Shown one piece after another: positions 60,815-64,000 of a stretch of 64,000 nt of DNA. The number at the start of each line of letters is the position of its first letter. Positions within the stretch are counted from its first letter, which is position 1. The notes under the pieces are model-generated. The model worked only from the letters and a program-made list of their open reading frames with translations, did not search any database and was not told where the DNA came from. The position numbers and the translations under genes were made by a program. Origin of the DNA: the human T2T-CHM13v2.0 reference genome, Homo sapiens; NCBI RefSeq assembly GCF_009914755.1, contig NC_060928.1, one strand, 5' to 3'.

Positions 60815-60984
60815 GTGCTCTTCACAGACACTTCGCCTCCAAGTGTGAAAAAGTACATCCATTCACTGATTCAGAAAAACTTACTGAGCATCTATCACAG
60901 GATTCAACAAACACCACAAGTCCCTACTCTGATACAGTTTATGATCCGGTGGGGCTTCTTCATTAAATTACATGAATGTATTTA

Positions 60985-61340
<356 letters not shown>

Positions 61341-62182
61341 TTAACATAAATGTTTATTTAAATGTATATATAAAATACATTTATATTTATGTGAATAATA
61401 TATAAAATATACTATTAGATTTGTTGCAACTCCACAGCCCTAATGAGAGAAAATGGAATAATTTGGATACTTTATCTAATAACCTATATTGCTTGTTATC
61501 TGCCTATCTCATCTTCTCTTTCTGAAAGACACAAATTATTTTAGTAAGAGGATAACAGCAATGTATAATATACAAAGCTGATCCATCTACACAACTGACA
61601 TTCACTCTAAAGATTTCGACTGGTAAGGTTAGAACTGAGACTTAACTCAAATGGCTCTTGCTTAATCTTTATCTGTAAAACTGAGAATCAAATCATTGCC
61701 CAAAGCTTCCCCTACCCCCGTTTGTTTACCTGTACTACTTGGGGCCAAAGCATACCTCCTAACAGTCCAAGAGGGCAGATCTGGGTCCTAGATCTACTAC
61801 TAATTTATCTGCATCCCAGGGAGTTTCTTAAACTTCCTGAGTCTGTTTCCTCGTTTGCAAAATGTGTTTTGCAGTTATTGTTATTATTATTTTATGGAAT
61901 TAAGTTATTAGCAACAATAACATCTGCTACCAAGTGCTGAATGTCGACATCATATGAGGCATTTCAAGCACCTCAATCAGCATGGTGGCTCATTCTGCAG
62001 ATTATGAAACCGAGGTGCAGCTGGTTAAGTCACCTGCCTGAAGAGTCAGGCAACCTGCAAAGTGACAGACCAGGACCAGACCAGGACTCCAGCCCCAATT
62101 GTGCACGTGCAGAGCCTGCATCTTGACTCTAAACATTCACTGATGTAGGAAGGAATGAATAGATAGTTATTTTCAGAAGTGA

Positions 62183-62525
<343 letters not shown>

Positions 62526-64000
62526 TTCCTGTTTTGGTCTTCTAAATCCAGGACTTTGAAGTACACAGATAAGAAATACATCCCCTTTTTAAAAACTCAA
62601 CTGATCTGAAAAGGAAGAAAAAAATACCTCAACTAACCTCAGATTTTTATGAATGTTGACCATTTGAGATTTTCTGCATTTTGAGTATGTATAAAAAGAA
62701 AGGTGAAAAGCAACTAATCGTACAATGGAAGGAATCGGAAAGGGAATTTTATTTTTTGATTTTAAATTGTGTAAACCTTTTTAATCGACATGTAATAACT
62801 GTACATATTTATGGGGTACAGAGTGATGCTTTGATACAGAAAATGTATAGTGATCAGATCAGATAATTAGCAAACCCCACATCTCAAACGCTTATCATTT
62901 CAGAAAGGGAACTTTATAACATATTCTTCCTTAAGTTAAATGCCTCACGAGAGATATGCAATCAGCAATAGGGACAGGCTGCAATCTGGCAGTCCTAGCA
63001 GGCGGGATTTCCTGGGAAGCCGCCTCTATAGCAGGCAGCAGCATGCAGGAGGTTTATGAATGGGCGTCCTGAAGACAACACCAGGAGCAAGGAGAGGGAG
63101 GAGTGGGGTGGGCAAAGACGCCCAGTTTGAGTGGCCTCAGGGATACCACCATGAGAGCTCTGGGGCTGGAAGGCCCCATCACAGCTGCCCAGTGAGTCTG
63201 GGTCTATACCTCCCACACACACACACACTGAATGCAGACCCCTGGGGAGGGAGCTCGGCCTTGGGCTCTAGGCCCCTCTTCAATGCAGACAGTCCCCGAG
63301 GTGGGCTCACCAGCCCTGCCAAGGAAATGCAACCTTCAGTCCTGAAGCGGGAATCTAGGTACATCACAGTACCCACCCCAGAGCTACCTGAGCACAGAAG
63401 GAACAAGTTCCAGAAGGAGATGGAAAAAAAGCTGTTAATGGCGGTAACTTGTGGGAAGACAGACTGGGAACATTTAGGGGAAGAACATGGCTTTTCCTTT
63501 TCTGTGCTGTTTAAACTTGGAAAGTATTTGCTTTGATCACTGTTCATTATTTTTTATGCCAATGGGGGTCATCTGGGCCCTGAATGATAGGTCATTTTTG
63601 AAAGGAAAAAAGCTTCATAATAAAAGTCAATAACTTTGATTCTGCATTTGACCAAACAGTGCTTTCACCTGCTTTTCCACTAATTTCTTCTTATTCACAA
63701 CTACTCTTAGTAGTAGGTATTATCATCCTGGTTTTGAAGGGGGAAAGCTGGCAGGGGCCCAAATGGAAGACAAAGCAGGGGAGGGGGGAAGAAGTTAAGA
63801 AGTTAGGGGGTGAGGGAGAGGAGGGCAGGGGAGAGGGACCAGGGACTCAGAACCCCAAACTGCTAATCCCTACACACAACCGCGAAGCTTCCCTCACTGG
63901 ATTTGGAAGCTTCTCTTTTAAATGAAAGTTGATTATGTATTTCTAAAACATTCATATAATATATCCACATCTTGTAGCCATTATATCAGACTGGAAATAA

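Overview
Human-type (primate, Alu-rich) genomic DNA lying wholly inside the AFAP1 gene (actin filament-associated protein 1, AFAP-110/AFAP-120) on the minus strand. I resolved nine coding exons by hand, each with canonical AG/GT boundaries and phases that chain into one open frame (about residues 183-549 of the 730-aa isoform, numbered from my recalled protein sequence). They cover the C-terminal half of PH1, the Ser/Thr-rich linker, PH2, the YDYI SH2-binding motif, and a 252-nt in-frame cassette exon matching the neuronal insert of the long isoform. The first ~910 nt probably hold the 3' end of the antisense lncRNA AFAP1-AS1, whose candidate poly(A) signals sit in the acceptor region of an AFAP1 exon. 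The introns contain about 20 Alu/FLAM copies, L1 fragments, MaLR/ERVL LTRs, hAT DNA transposons, several short tandem duplications and four minisatellites. The most unusual feature is a 26-copy 42-bp VNTR that, in the AFAP1 sense direction, forms a stop-free ladder of in-frame 5' splice-site-like motifs downstream of a phase-compatible acceptor. This is a sequence-based hypothesis, not a demonstrated system. Most ORFs in the supplied track are repeat-derived or chance. Repeat boundaries and subfamily names are by eye and approximate.
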